The notes: generated from the sequence alone by a model not told the origin. Positions 9,026 to 18,706 are shown, counted from the first letter of the whole stretch. The stretch is 61,321 bases of DNA, filler included, from 5 parts of 5 records of this genome joined end to end with filler, not necessarily neighbours in it; one strand, 5' to 3'. Program-made: numbers and translations.

Positions 9026-10423
9026 GTGGCCAAAATTCAAGGTCAGAGAAAACTAGCGGCCATTCTGGCAGCGGATGTTGTCGAATACTCACGGTTGATG
9101 GCTCTCGATGAATTAGGAACACATTCACGTCTCAAAAACGTTTTGACAGAGGTGTTCAGACCAACTGTGAAACGTCACGCTGGTCGAATTTTTAAAATGA
9201 TGGGAGATGGTGCGCTCGTTGAATTTGCGAGTGTAAATAACGCCGTTGATTGCGCCGTTGAGCTTCAAACGCTGCTCGAAAAGGAGGAGATGCAGGACAG
9301 CAAGGATGTCGCAATCAAAATGCGCATCGGGATTAGTCTGGGTGATGTCATCGTTGCCGGTACGGATCTGTTCGGGAACGGGGTGAATGTTGCTGCTCGA
9401 ATGGAGAGCCTCGCCGAACCGGGTTCGATATGCATCTCTGGAAATGTCCGTGAGCACCTAAATAACAGTGATACTTTTGAACTCGTCGATTTGGGCCCGT
9501 GTCTGGTTAAAAACATTCCCCAATCTGTGCAAGTTTTCCGAGTACGCCGCAAACAAGAACCACTCAAAACAAAGGCCAAAACAACTTATTTTGAACAAGA
9601 CATCCAGTTCTGTGAGACGCCCGATGGCGTTCAAATAGCATACGCGTCAATCGGCAAAGGCCCTCCTGTTGTGTCAGTTTCCAATTGGCTCACTCATCTT
9701 GAATTGGACTTCGAAATACCCATGCGGCGTGAGCTGGTAAGGGTGCTCTCCCCAAACAGGCAAATCGTCAGATATGATGCGCGCGGCAGCGGTTTGTCGG
9801 ACAGAGACATTGAGGACTTTTCACTAGATGCGTCCGTTCTGGATTTGACGACCGTCATTGACGCGCTTGGTTTGGAACAGGTTTCTCTAGTCGGGCAGTC
9901 GCAAGGTGCGGCTATTGCAGCAGCATTTGCTGCGCGGAACCCTGATAGAGTAAACAGATTGGTGTTGTGCGGAGGATATGCGCGTGGTCGCCGGATGAGA
10001 GGCTCCCAGGGCCAGATTGCAGAAAGCGATGCATTCATAACCATGATTAAAGAGGGTTGGGGAAAAGAGCTCGACGCATACGTTCGTATGTTCGGCGCAT
10101 TTTTCATGCCAGACGCGAACGCGGACCAGTTGTCAGGTTTCACAAACCTACAGCGGAAAGCCACGCCACCCGAAAACGCGGCGAGTATCCAACTTGCAAT
10201 TGACAGCATCGATATTTCTACCGAGCTATCCAACGTGCAAGCATCGACGCTTGTATTTCACGTGCGTGAAGATGCCAGAGCCCCATTTGAAGAGGGAAGG
10301 CGGATGGCAGCAGGTATTCCCAACGCCCGATTTATCCCGCTCGAAGGGCGCAATCACGTAATGCTCGCCGACGATCCAAGTCTTGAACGTTTCTTGAGCG
10401 AAGTATGTGAATTCCTGGAATAA
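9026..10423 (+). CDS. Class III adenylate/guanylate cyclase fused to an alpha/beta hydrolase
   Basis: RKLAAILAAD, KMMGDG and DLFGNGVNVAARME cyclase motifs; C-terminal GQSQG...EDAR...GRNH hydrolase triad. GTG 9026 follows GAGGG. Confidence 0.88.
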   Translation: MAKIQGQRKLAAILAADVVEYSRLMALDELGTHSRLKNVLTEVFRPTVKRHAGRIFKMMGDGALVEFASVNNAVDCAVELQTLLEKEEMQDSKDVAIKMRIGISLGDVIVAGTDLFGNGVNVAARMESLAEPGSICISGNVREHLNNSDTFELVDLGPCLVKNIPQSVQVFRVRRKQEPLKTKAKTTYFEQDIQFCETPDGVQIAYASIGKGPPVVSVSNWLTHLELDFEIPMRRELVRVLSPNRQIVRYDARGSGLSDRDIEDFSLDASVLDLTTVIDALGLEQVSLVGQSQGAAIAAAFAARNPDRVNRLVLCGGYARGRRMRGSQGQIAESDAFITMIKEGWGKELDAYVRMFGAFFMPDANADQLSGFTNLQRKATPPENAASIQLAIDSIDISTELSNVQASTLVFHVREDARAPFEEGRRMAAGIPNARFIPLEGRNHVMLADDPSLERFLSEVCEFLE

Positions 10424-10439
10424 TGGACGAAAGGCGTTT

Positions 10440-10468
10440 GGCCGCTTCGGGCTCGTAGCCGACATCTG
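10440..10468 (+). repeat. ~29-bp imperfect palindromic repeat, copy after the cyclase gene
   Basis: GGCCGCTTCGGGCTCGTAGCCGACATCTG with internal dyad symmetry; similar to 8819-8846. Confidence 0.6.
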
Positions 10469-10539
10469 CGGGCATCGCTTGGCCATCCACCCAGATAATC
10501 CACTGGTGTTGCTTTCCTCTGCCGAAAAGGAATGCACCT

Positions 10540-11010
10540 CTAGACCACCTTAAAATCAGCCAGTTGCGCACCCGAAATGCGCAGCATCTCCTGTGGCGCC
10601 AAGCCGAATACATGATGCGGGGTGCCGGCGGCGGCCCAGATCATGTCAAACTCCAGCAAAGTCCGGTCAAACCACGCCCGCGCGGGATTGACGTGACCGA
10701 CCGGAGACACGCCGCCAATGGCAAAGCCGGTTTGCGCGCGGATCAGGGCGGCGTCTGCTTTGCCCAGCGGCTCTCCGGCGAGGGCGGCAGCGGCGGTCAG
10801 ATCCACCTGTTGCCCGCCTGCGGTGACAAACAGCACAGCCTCGCCGCTGGTCTCGCCGCGCAACACGATGGATTTGGCGATTTGATCAACGGTGCAGCCA
10901 AGTGCCGCAGCGGCGTCGGCCGCGGTCCGTGCCAGCGCGGTTTCGCGGACATCGGCGGTGACATTTGCCGCGTCTAATGCGGCGCGTACGCGTTTCAGGC
11001 TCTTGCTCAT
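10540..11010 (-). CDS. YbaK/EbsC family aminoacyl-tRNA editing-domain protein
   Basis: QIAKS, TGFAIGGVSP and WAAAGTP motifs; ATG 11010 (MSKSLKRV) chosen as start. Confidence 0.9.
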   Translation of the reverse strand: MSKSLKRVRAALDAANVTADVRETALARTAADAAAALGCTVDQIAKSIVLRGETSGEAVLFVTAGGQQVDLTAAAALAGEPLGKADAALIRAQTGFAIGGVSPVGHVNPARAWFDRTLLEFDMIWAAAGTPHHVFGLAPQEMLRISGAQLADFKVV

Positions 11011-11038
11011 GGCGCGACACTGCCGCAAAGCTAGGGGC

Positions 11039-13864
11039 ATGACAACATCCCATCTTTCAAGCCAGATCACCCGCACGCCCCGCATCTTTGACAGCAGCCG
11101 CGCCGCCGATGCCGCGCCGTTGATTGACGGGTTTGATCCGTCTGTTTCCGGTTTGATCCAAGGCGCGGTTTCGGCCGCGCCCTACCTGATGGGCCTGCTG
11201 GAACGGGAGGCCGATTGGCTGCGCGGGGCGGTAGAAGATCCCGACACGGCGGTGGATGCGGTGATCGCTGGCGCGGCAGGGCTTGCGGGGTCTGATCTGG
11301 CCGATGGGCTGCGCCGGGGCAAACGTCGGGTGGCCCTGATGGCAGCGCTAGCGGATCTGGGCGGCGCTTGGTCGCTCGAACAGGTGACGGGGGCCTTGAC
11401 CGATTATGCCGATGCGGCCTGCGGGGCGGCCCTGCGCGGCGGATTGGCGGCACAGATCCGGCGCGGCAAGATACCGGGGCTGACGGAGGACGATCTGCCT
11501 GACGCGGGCGGCATGGTGGTGCTGGCCATGGGCAAAATGGGCGCGCATGAGCTGAATTATTCCTCTGACATCGACCTGATCTGCCTCTTTGATGAGACCC
11601 GCTTTGATCCGGGTGATTTCCATGACGCCCGCACCGGATTTGTCCGCGCTACCCGCGCAATGAGCGGCACGTTGAATGACCTGACGGCTGAAGGATATGT
11701 CTTTCGCACCGACCTGCGCCTGCGCCCCGATCCGGCAGTCACTCCGGTCTGTATGGCGATGGAAGCGGCGGAGCGGTATTACGAATCGCTGGGCCGGACA
11801 TGGGAACGCGCGGCCTATATCAAGGCGCGGCCAGCGGCGGGGGATCTGGCGGCGGGGGACAGGTTCCTCAAGGCATTGCGGCCCTTTGTCTGGCGCAGGC
11901 ATTTGGATTTTGCGGCCATTCAGGACGCCCATGACATGCGCCTGGCGATCCGCGAACACAAAGGGCTGGGCGGGCCGATCACCTTGCCGGGGCACAATAT
12001 GAAGCTGGGGCGCGGCGGCATTCGCGAGATCGAGTTCTTCACCCAGACCCGCCAGTTGATCGCAGGTGGGCGCGACCCGGATCTGCGGCTGCGCGGCACC
12101 TGTGAGAGCTTGTCTGTGTTGGCGCAGAAGGGCTGGGTGCCGCCCGATGTCGCGCAGGTTCTGGCCGATCACTACCGATATCACCGGACAGTGGAACACC
12201 GGGTGCAGATGGTGCGCGATGCCCAGACCCACAATCTGCCCCAATCCCCCGAAGGTTTCGCACGGCTTGCTGCGATGATGGACAAAGACGTGCCGGACCT
12301 TGAGGCAGACCTGCATGAGCGGCTCAGTGCGGTGCATGAGTTGACCGAAGGGTTCTTTGCCGCCTCCCGCGCACCTGCGCCTGATGCCGCCAAAGAGGCC
12401 GCCGCTGATCATGTGTTTGATCATCAGGTGGTGGACCGCTGGCAAAGCTATCCGGCGCTCCGCTCTGAACGCGGGCTTGAGATCTTTGAGCGTCTGAAAC
12501 CGGATCTTCTGGCGCGGTTGGCACGGGCGGCAAAACCGGACGAGGCGTTGCTGGCCTTTGATGGCTTTCTCGCCGGATTGCCCGCTGGGGTGCAATTGTT
12601 CTCACTGCTCAAGGCAAACCCGCAATTGGCCGATCTGTTGATTGACATCGTCAGCACCTCACCGGCGCTGGCGGTGCATCTGTCGCGCAATGCAGCTGTG
12701 TTTGATGCGGTCATCGGCGGCGATTTCTTTAGCGATTGGCCGGGGCAGGCGGCCCTGACCGAGATGCTGGCTGAAACACTGGCGGCAGAACCTGACTATG
12801 AGGCGCAGTTGGACGGCACCCGCCGCTGGGCCCGTGAGTGGCATTTCCGCATCGGGGTGCATCTGCTGCGTGGATTGAGCGATGCGGCAACCGCAGGGCG
12901 CCAATATGCCGAACTGGCCCGCGCGGTTCTGACCGCGCTTTGGCCTGTGGTCACGGCACAATTTGCCCTGCGCCACGGCCCGCCACCGGGGCGCGGAGCG
13001 GTGTTGCTCGGCATGGGCTCGCTTGGGGCGGGGCGCCTGACCGCGACCTCTGATCTGGATATGCTGGTGATCTATGACCCCGATGGGCAGGACAGCTCGG
13101 AGGGGAAGCGCCCGTTGGCCTCAAGAGTCTATTATGCGCGGCTCACCCAGGCGATGATCACCGCCATGACTGCCCCGATGGCGCAGGGGCGCTTGTACGA
13201 GGTTGATATGCGGCTGCGCCCCTCTGGCAATCAGGGGCCGGTGGCCACCAGCCTGTCGAGCTTTGAGAGCTATCAAAAGGATGAGGCATGGGTCTGGGAA
13301 CATCTGGCACTGACGCGGGCCGATGTGGTGGCCGGACCGCCGGGATTGGGCGCAGATGTTGCTGCCCTCTGCGCTGACATTCTCAAGACCGGACATCCAA
13401 GCGATCAGATCTTGCCCGAGGTCGCCCAGATGCGCCTGCGCATTGCCGCTGCCAAAGCCCCCGATGGACCCTTCGACGCCAAGATCGGGGCAGGGCGCTT
13501 GCAGGACATCGAATTGTTTGCCCAAGCCGGTGCCTTGATGGCCGGCCGTGCCGCCCATGACATTGCCGACGGTCTTTGCGCGGCAGAGGCCGCAAAGGTG
13601 ATCACGGCAGACCAGCGGGCCGCGCTGCAACAGGCCTATGACCAATGCTGGACCTTGCAATGCGCCGGGCGATTGTTATCCGCACATCCGGTGCAAACCG
13701 ACAAATTGGGGCAGGCGGGGGAAAAATTCCTTGCCAGAACGTTGGGATGCGACACTTTCGCGGATCTGGAGACGCAAATGACCCAGACCTACGCCCAAGC
13801 TGCCGAAATGATCGACACGGCCCTGCCAGTGCCGCCCACAAACCAAGCCAATGAGGCGACATGA
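11039..13864 (+). CDS. glnE: Glutamine synthetase adenylyltransferase/adenylyl-removing enzyme
   Basis: Two nucleotidyltransferase domains: MGKMGAHELNYSSDIDL...RTDLRLRP and MGSLGAGRLTATSDLD...EVDMRLRPSG. Confidence 0.95.
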   Translation: MTTSHLSSQITRTPRIFDSSRAADAAPLIDGFDPSVSGLIQGAVSAAPYLMGLLEREADWLRGAVEDPDTAVDAVIAGAAGLAGSDLADGLRRGKRRVALMAALADLGGAWSLEQVTGALTDYADAACGAALRGGLAAQIRRGKIPGLTEDDLPDAGGMVVLAMGKMGAHELNYSSDIDLICLFDETRFDPGDFHDARTGFVRATRAMSGTLNDLTAEGYVFRTDLRLRPDPAVTPVCMAMEAAERYYESLGRTWERAAYIKARPAAGDLAAGDRFLKALRPFVWRRHLDFAAIQDAHDMRLAIREHKGLGGPITLPGHNMKLGRGGIREIEFFTQTRQLIAGGRDPDLRLRGTCESLSVLAQKGWVPPDVAQVLADHYRYHRTVEHRVQMVRDAQTHNLPQSPEGFARLAAMMDKDVPDLEADLHERLSAVHELTEGFFAASRAPAPDAAKEAAADHVFDHQVVDRWQSYPALRSERGLEIFERLKPDLLARLARAAKPDEALLAFDGFLAGLPAGVQLFSLLKANPQLADLLIDIVSTSPALAVHLSRNAAVFDAVIGGDFFSDWPGQAALTEMLAETLAAEPDYEAQLDGTRRWAREWHFRIGVHLLRGLSDAATAGRQYAELARAVLTALWPVVTAQFALRHGPPPGRGAVLLGMGSLGAGRLTATSDLDMLVIYDPDGQDSSEGKRPLASRVYYARLTQAMITAMTAPMAQGRLYEVDMRLRPSGNQGPVATSLSSFESYQKDEAWVWEHLALTRADVVAGPPGLGADVAALCADILKTGHPSDQILPEVAQMRLRIAAAKAPDGPFDAKIGAGRLQDIELFAQAGALMAGRAAHDIADGLCAAEAAKVITADQRAALQQAYDQCWTLQCAGRLLSAHPVQTDKLGQAGEKFLARTLGCDTFADLETQMTQTYAQAAEMIDTALPVPPTNQANEAT

Positions 13865-14133
13865 AAAAAGGTGATGAAATGGACCCCAAAGGCCTGATAT
13901 TCGAAGCGTACCGCATGGATGGAATTTCAGCAGCGGAATGCCGGACGATCTTTCTCGATTGGGCGCTGTCTCTGCCGACAGGGCAAGATACGATCACCAG
14001 CCTTGGGGTTCTGCTCGGTCGCTACGGGGACGACTTTCCCGATCACCCGATGACCCAGATCCTGACCGATGGGCGCACCTCGATGAATGCCCCGCGCCGC
14101 CGCGGCGGGTGGCGCAGCCGCACGCGCAACTGA
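13861..14133 (+). CDS. Conserved hypothetical protein coupled to glnE
   Basis: ATGA overlap with the glnE stop; DPKGLIFEAYRMDGI...CRTIFLDWALS...PDHPM. Confidence 0.75.
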   Translation: MKKGDEMDPKGLIFEAYRMDGISAAECRTIFLDWALSLPTGQDTITSLGVLLGRYGDDFPDHPMTQILTDGRTSMNAPRRRGGWRSRTRN

Positions 14134-14314
14134 TCCTGCAAGGCCGATCTGACGGGCAGGCCCGCGCCGCAGTCATTGCGGCACCGGGCGCCGCATAAGC
14201 CTTGGGAACGCCCCGCTCTTTCACAGATTACGCCCAATTCTCGCCCTCATTGCCCGGCATTTGTTTCAATGTGAAGTGAAACAGCCTGCGGCGATACGCC
14301 CAAGCGAGGATGAC

Positions 14315-14947
14315 ATGAAAACTTTGAAATTGATCGGGGCATTGGCCTTGGGCGCGATGACCGCCGCCTGCGCCCAACTGCCGGATGTAACCAGCCGGAA
14401 CGCGCCGTTTGAGGCAACCGAACCTTTGCTTGGCTCGTCGCCTTTGGTGACAGAATCGGTGGCGCAAAAGCAGTTGCCCTATTCGATGAATGTGACAGAG
14501 ATCAACGTCCGCGCCCCGCGCAGCCTCAAAGTCTCCGAGGCCAATGTCTATTATCCACGCGGTGACATCGTTTGGCGCGGTGATCCGATTGGCGACCGCT
14601 ATGAGCAGATCGAAGCCATCTTTGAAGAGGCTTTTGCCAGAGGCACGGCAAACATGAACGGCGCTGTTCCGGTGGTGCTGGACGTGGAAATCGCACGGTT
14701 CCATTCCGTCAGCGAGAAGACCCGCTATTTCGCCAGCGGCGTGCACAATATGGAGTTTATCCTCACTGTGCGCAGCGCCGATACCGGCATCGCACTGGCG
14801 CCGCCGCGCAAGGTGTCAGCCAACCTGCATGCATTCGGTGGGCAGGCCGCGATTGAGGCGGACCGGGCAGGGCACACTCAAAAGGTTCGGATCACCGGCT
14901 ATCTTGCCCAGGTGATCCAGGAGGAACTGGCCAAACCAAGCGTCTGA
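14315..14947 (+). CDS. Putative lipoprotein (DUF6778-like)
   Basis: GAGGA RBS, signal peptide ending MTAAC (lipobox-like), SEANVYYPRGDIVWRGDP motif. Confidence 0.7.
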   Translation: MKTLKLIGALALGAMTAACAQLPDVTSRNAPFEATEPLLGSSPLVTESVAQKQLPYSMNVTEINVRAPRSLKVSEANVYYPRGDIVWRGDPIGDRYEQIEAIFEEAFARGTANMNGAVPVVLDVEIARFHSVSEKTRYFASGVHNMEFILTVRSADTGIALAPPRKVSANLHAFGGQAAIEADRAGHTQKVRITGYLAQVIQEELAKPSV

Positions 14948-15029
14948 TTGGCTGCGCATTGGGGGCAATGCGGGACCACAACAAAATCGGCGCTTTCGTT
15001 AAAGGCCAGAACCCACTAGAGGGGGCGCT

Positions 15030-16241
15030 ATGACAGCGCCCCTTTCTTCATCCGCCTCACTGCCGGTCGTCCGCCTTTTGCCAAAGGCCAACGCCCGTGC
15101 CATCCGCCACGGCTTCCCTTGGGTCTATGCCAATGAAATGGTGTTGGACCGCCGGACCAAGAAACTTGACCCCGGCACACTGGCCCGTCTCGAAGATGAC
15201 GCCCGCCAGCCTATGGGGCTGGTTTCGGTCAATCCGACGTCAAAGATCATTGCGCGGATGCTGGACCAAAACCCGGATGCGGTGATTGATCAGCCATGGT
15301 TTGAGGCGCATATCGCCCGTGCGCTGGCCCTGCGTTCGCAACTCTTTGATGCCCCGTATTATCGCTTGATCCATGCCGAGGCTGACGGGTTGCCCGGTGT
15401 GATCATCGACCGCTTTGGCGACACATGTGTGGTGCAGCCCAATGCCGCATGGGCCGATGCCTTGCTGGAACCGCTTTGTGCGGCGCTGACGGCGGTGACG
15501 GGCATAACCAACATCCTCAAGAACGCAGGTGGGCGTACCCGCACGCTTGAAGGGCTTGATGATGTCTCTGCGGTTCTGCGCGGCGCGGCACCCGAGGCGG
15601 CGCTGCCGGTGCCGATGAACGGTGCGACCTATATGGCGGACCTGACCGGCGGGCAGAAAACCGGCCTGTTTTACGACCAGCGGCCCAACCACGCCTTTGC
15701 CGCCAACCTCAGCAAAGACGCGCGAGTTCTGGACGTTTTTTCCCATGTTGGAGGATTTTCTCTGGCCGCTTTGGCCAATGGTGCGGCTTCTGCACTGGCG
15801 GTAGATGGATCCGCGCCCGCGCTTGCGCTGGCCGAGGCTGGTGCCAAAGCGATGGGCGTGCAGGACAAATTCAGCATCCGCCAGGGCGATGCCTTTGACA
15901 CCCTGGCCGCCCTGCGCAGCGAAGGGGCACAGTTTGATGTGGTGATCTGTGATCCGCCCGCCTTTGCCCCCTCGCGCAATGCGCTTGAGGCCGGATTGCG
16001 GGCCTATGAAAAGATCGCGCGTCTGGCTGCGCCATTGGTCGCGGAAAATGGTATTCTGGCACTGTGTTCCTGTTCGCATGCGGCAGATCTGGCGCAATTC
16101 CGCAACGCCTCTGTGCGGGGCATTGGGCGGGCCGGACGGCGGGCCATCATGTTGCACACCGGCTTTGCCGGACCGGATCATCCGCAGCTTCCGCAACTGG
16201 CCGAAAGCGGCTATCTGAAATCGCTGTTCTTCCGCCTGTGA
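15030..16241 (+). CDS. RlmI-like class I SAM-dependent RNA methyltransferase (RSP_2647 family)
   Basis: HGFPWVY PUA-like N-terminus, GQKTGLFYDQR, VLDVFSHVGGF, DPPAF. Confidence 0.88.
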   Translation: MTAPLSSSASLPVVRLLPKANARAIRHGFPWVYANEMVLDRRTKKLDPGTLARLEDDARQPMGLVSVNPTSKIIARMLDQNPDAVIDQPWFEAHIARALALRSQLFDAPYYRLIHAEADGLPGVIIDRFGDTCVVQPNAAWADALLEPLCAALTAVTGITNILKNAGGRTRTLEGLDDVSAVLRGAAPEAALPVPMNGATYMADLTGGQKTGLFYDQRPNHAFAANLSKDARVLDVFSHVGGFSLAALANGAASALAVDGSAPALALAEAGAKAMGVQDKFSIRQGDAFDTLAALRSEGAQFDVVICDPPAFAPSRNALEAGLRAYEKIARLAAPLVAENGILALCSCSHAADLAQFRNASVRGIGRAGRRAIMLHTGFAGPDHPQLPQLAESGYLKSLFFRL

Positions 16242-16795
16242 GCGGCCCACGCATCCTGATCGACACCTGCGTGCTTTACCCCACGGTGATGCGCGAAGTG
16301 GTGCTTGGGGTGGCGGCAACGGGCGCGTTTGAGCCGATCTGGTCGGCGCGAATCCTGGAAGAATGGGCCCGCGCCGCGATCAAACTTGGCCCCGAAGGCG
16401 AGGCGCAGGCCCGCGCGGAAATTGCGCTGCTGCGCGCCCATTGGCCAAAGGCCGAGCGCCCCGCAGCACCCGGTCTTGCCGCCCGGCTCTGGTTGCCGGA
16501 TGCGGACGACATTCATGTTCTGGCTGTCGCGGTGGATGCGGGCGCCGATATGATCATGACCCTGAACGCAAAGGATTTTCCGCGCGGTACATTGGCCGAA
16601 GAGGGCCTCGAACGGGTCGATCCCGACAGTTATCTCATGCAGCTTTGGCCGGGGCATGACATCGCGATCCGCAGAGTGTCAGAACGGGTTCTGAACACCG
16701 CGCGACAGATGCCTGGCCGCGACTGGGACATGCGCGGGCTGATGAAAAAGGCCCGCCTGCCGCGTTTGGGTAAAGTGCTTGCTCAAATGGCCTAG
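16238..16795 (+). CDS. PIN-domain protein (RSP_2648 family)
   Basis: ILIDTCVL, LPDADDIHVL and TLNAKDFP motifs; GTGA overlap with the methyltransferase stop. Confidence 0.82.
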   Translation: MSGPRILIDTCVLYPTVMREVVLGVAATGAFEPIWSARILEEWARAAIKLGPEGEAQARAEIALLRAHWPKAERPAAPGLAARLWLPDADDIHVLAVAVDAGADMIMTLNAKDFPRGTLAEEGLERVDPDSYLMQLWPGHDIAIRRVSERVLNTARQMPGRDWDMRGLMKKARLPRLGKVLAQMA

Positions 16796-16828
16796 CAATC
16801 ACAGATCCGGTTGACAGGCTTTGTGATC

Positions 16829-17119
16829 CTAAGCCGCGGCAACGGGCTCAATTCCTGACAAATCGATTTTTCGAGATACGGCGGCCATATCGAAATTGGT
16901 TTGCATATTCATCCAATAGGTCGGTGTGGTCCCAAAGGCACGGGCCAGCCGAAGTGCTGTGTCGGGGGTCATGCCGGTGACGCCTTTTACAAGCCGCTCT
17001 ATCCGGGTCCGCGGCACCCCCAAACGGCGGGCAAGCGCAATCGCGCCCAAATCCAAAGGATCAAGGTAAAGCTCCTTAAGGACTTCGCCCGGGTGCATCG
17101 GGTTTTCAAGCCTGCTCAT
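16829..17119 (-). CDS. higA: HigA family antitoxin (HTH-XRE)
   Basis: HPGEVL, TPDTALRLARAFGTTPTYWMNMQ; lies downstream of the toxin gene. Confidence 0.92.
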   Translation of the reverse strand: MSRLENPMHPGEVLKELYLDPLDLGAIALARRLGVPRTRIERLVKGVTGMTPDTALRLARAFGTTPTYWMNMQTNFDMAAVSRKIDLSGIEPVAAA

Positions 17120-17130
17120 CGCTGTTCCTT

Positions 17131-17412
17131 TCAATGGTAGTCTATAATTTCAACATCGGCCGGACCGCTCGGTGTCCAAACAAAACAAATCCGCCATTGC
17201 TGGTTGATCCGTATCGAATGTTGACCCGCCCTGTCGCCTTTCAACTCTTCCAAGTGATTGCCCGGCGGAAAGCGCAAATCCTCGATCTGTGTTGCAGCTT
17301 CAAGCGCGGTGAGCATGGCGCGCGTACGTTTGGTCAAGTCACTGGGAAAACCTTTGCCAAATTTACCTGTCACAGCAAGCGCGGCCAATTTGTCCCGTGT
17401 GCTTTTGATCAT
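17131..17412 (-). CDS. higB: HigB (RelE/ParE superfamily) toxin
   Basis: PPGNHLEELKGDRAGQHSIRINQQWRICF...IIDYH. Confidence 0.92.
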   Translation of the reverse strand: MIKSTRDKLAALAVTGKFGKGFPSDLTKRTRAMLTALEAATQIEDLRFPPGNHLEELKGDRAGQHSIRINQQWRICFVWTPSGPADVEIIDYH

Positions 17413-17419
17413 GCAGGAT

Positions 17420-17447
17420 ATGTATCACAATATGATACATGTGTCAA
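17420..17447 (-). promoter_or_regulatory. higBA promoter/operator
   Basis: ATGTATCA-N5-TGATACAT dyad (17420-17440) just downstream of a minus-strand TTGACA (17447-17442); no RBS before the higB ATG. Confidence 0.7.
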
Positions 17448-17541
17448 TGTATGACAGGTCTTTCGCGGCATGTGTTTGCCTGGTTCTTTCGAAAACACAC
17501 AGCAAAATTTACCGGTCCGCCTTGTCCCAACGCGCCTCCAG

Positions 17542-17641
17542 NNNNNNNNNNNNNNNNNNNNNNNNNNNNNNNNNNNNNNNNNNNNTTAATTAATTAANNN
17601 NNNNNNNNNNNNNNNNNNNNNNNNNNNNNNNNNNNNNNNNN
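17542..17641. other. Artificial contig spacer
   Basis: N-run/TTAATTAATTAA/N-run. Confidence 0.98.
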
Positions 17642-18706
17642 TCAGAATCCGGCCTTGATCAACTCGAACTCGGCAATCATGCGTTCGCGCAGTTCCGCCG
17701 GGACAGGCCCCTGCCAAAGCGTACCCGCCCGCAGGTTTTCGCTGGTTTCCAACCCGACCGCAGCCAGATCCGCTTCGCTCATCCCGGCCATGGCGACGGC
17801 GTTGGAATGTCCGTAACCCCAGTTGTTGACGATGTATTCTGCGGTTTCGGGCTCCAGCCAGGCGTTGATGAAATCGTAGAACCGATCTTCATCGCCTGTG
17901 GAGTTGGCCACGCGCGCATAACCGCAAACCCAGCTGGACGCGCCTTCCACCGTGTCGCGGCGCATCGCAATCGGGTAGCCTTCGTAGCTCATGGTCGAGA
18001 AAGTCTCGTTCCAGGCCCAGGCAAGATACACTTCTCCGCTTTGCATCAGCTGCGCCAGCGACGCACCGTCAGACCAATAGGATCGCACATTCTGGTGCAC
18101 CTGACGCAGGAAGGCAGAGGCTGCCTCGAAGTCCTCGTCGGTTGCATTGGCCCAGTCACGCACCCCAACGGCAAGGAAACCGAGCGCATAGGCGTCATCC
18201 ACGTTGTCAGGCAGCGAGACACGGCCAGCGTGGGCGGGATCCGCGAAGGCCTGCAATGAGGCCACGTCGTCTTCGCTGAGGAGTTCCGTGTTGTAGGTCA
18301 GGCCGGTATTGCCCCAGTCCATCGGCACGAAATAGTACTGACCTTCGTGCATGAAGGCCGGGATGTCGCGGAAGGATGTGTCGATCTCGTCCCAACGGGT
18401 GATCCGAGAGGTGTCGAGCGGTGCCAGCAGGCCCGCCTCGATCCATTTCGGAACCGACTGGGAACAGGGGTGAACGGCGTCCGCCGCAAACCCTGTGCGC
18501 AGTTTCTGAAACGCTTCCTCCTCGTCGCCGAAATAGGTGAAGGTCGGGCTGTCGCCGTGTTGCTCGACATAGGCCGCGAAGAAATTGGGGTCTTCGTATC
18601 CGGCCCAGTCAAGGACGACAAAGTTCGGGTCGTCGGCATAAGCGGGCCATAGGGACGCCATCAACGCCATGGTCACCACGCTGGCCCCAGTCTTGATCTT
18701 GAACAT
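17642..18706 (-). CDS. PotD/PotF-like (polyamine-type) ABC substrate-binding protein
   Basis: Signal peptide; DWAGYED, VPMDWGNTGLTYN, WAWNE and EGASSWVCG motifs. Confidence 0.8.
   Translation of the reverse strand: MFKIKTGASVVTMALMASLWPAYADDPNFVVLDWAGYEDPNFFAAYVEQHGDSPTFTYFGDEEEAFQKLRTGFAADAVHPCSQSVPKWIEAGLLAPLDTSRITRWDEIDTSFRDIPAFMHEGQYYFVPMDWGNTGLTYNTELLSEDDVASLQAFADPAHAGRVSLPDNVDDAYALGFLAVGVRDWANATDEDFEAASAFLRQVHQNVRSYWSDGASLAQLMQSGEVYLAWAWNETFSTMSYEGYPIAMRRDTVEGASSWVCGYARVANSTGDEDRFYDFINAWLEPETAEYIVNNWGYGHSNAVAMAGMSEADLAAVGLETSENLRAGTLWQGPVPAELRERMIAEFELIKAGF

Noticed and set aside
16238-16795. PIN protein as a VapC toxin or defence gene beside higBA
   Set aside because: It is coupled to the RNA methyltransferase, has no antitoxin partner and looks like a core Rhodobacteraceae gene pair.
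17509-17541. Minus-strand gene tail (LEARWDKADR*) at the contig end
   Set aside because: Only 10 codons; too short to assign.
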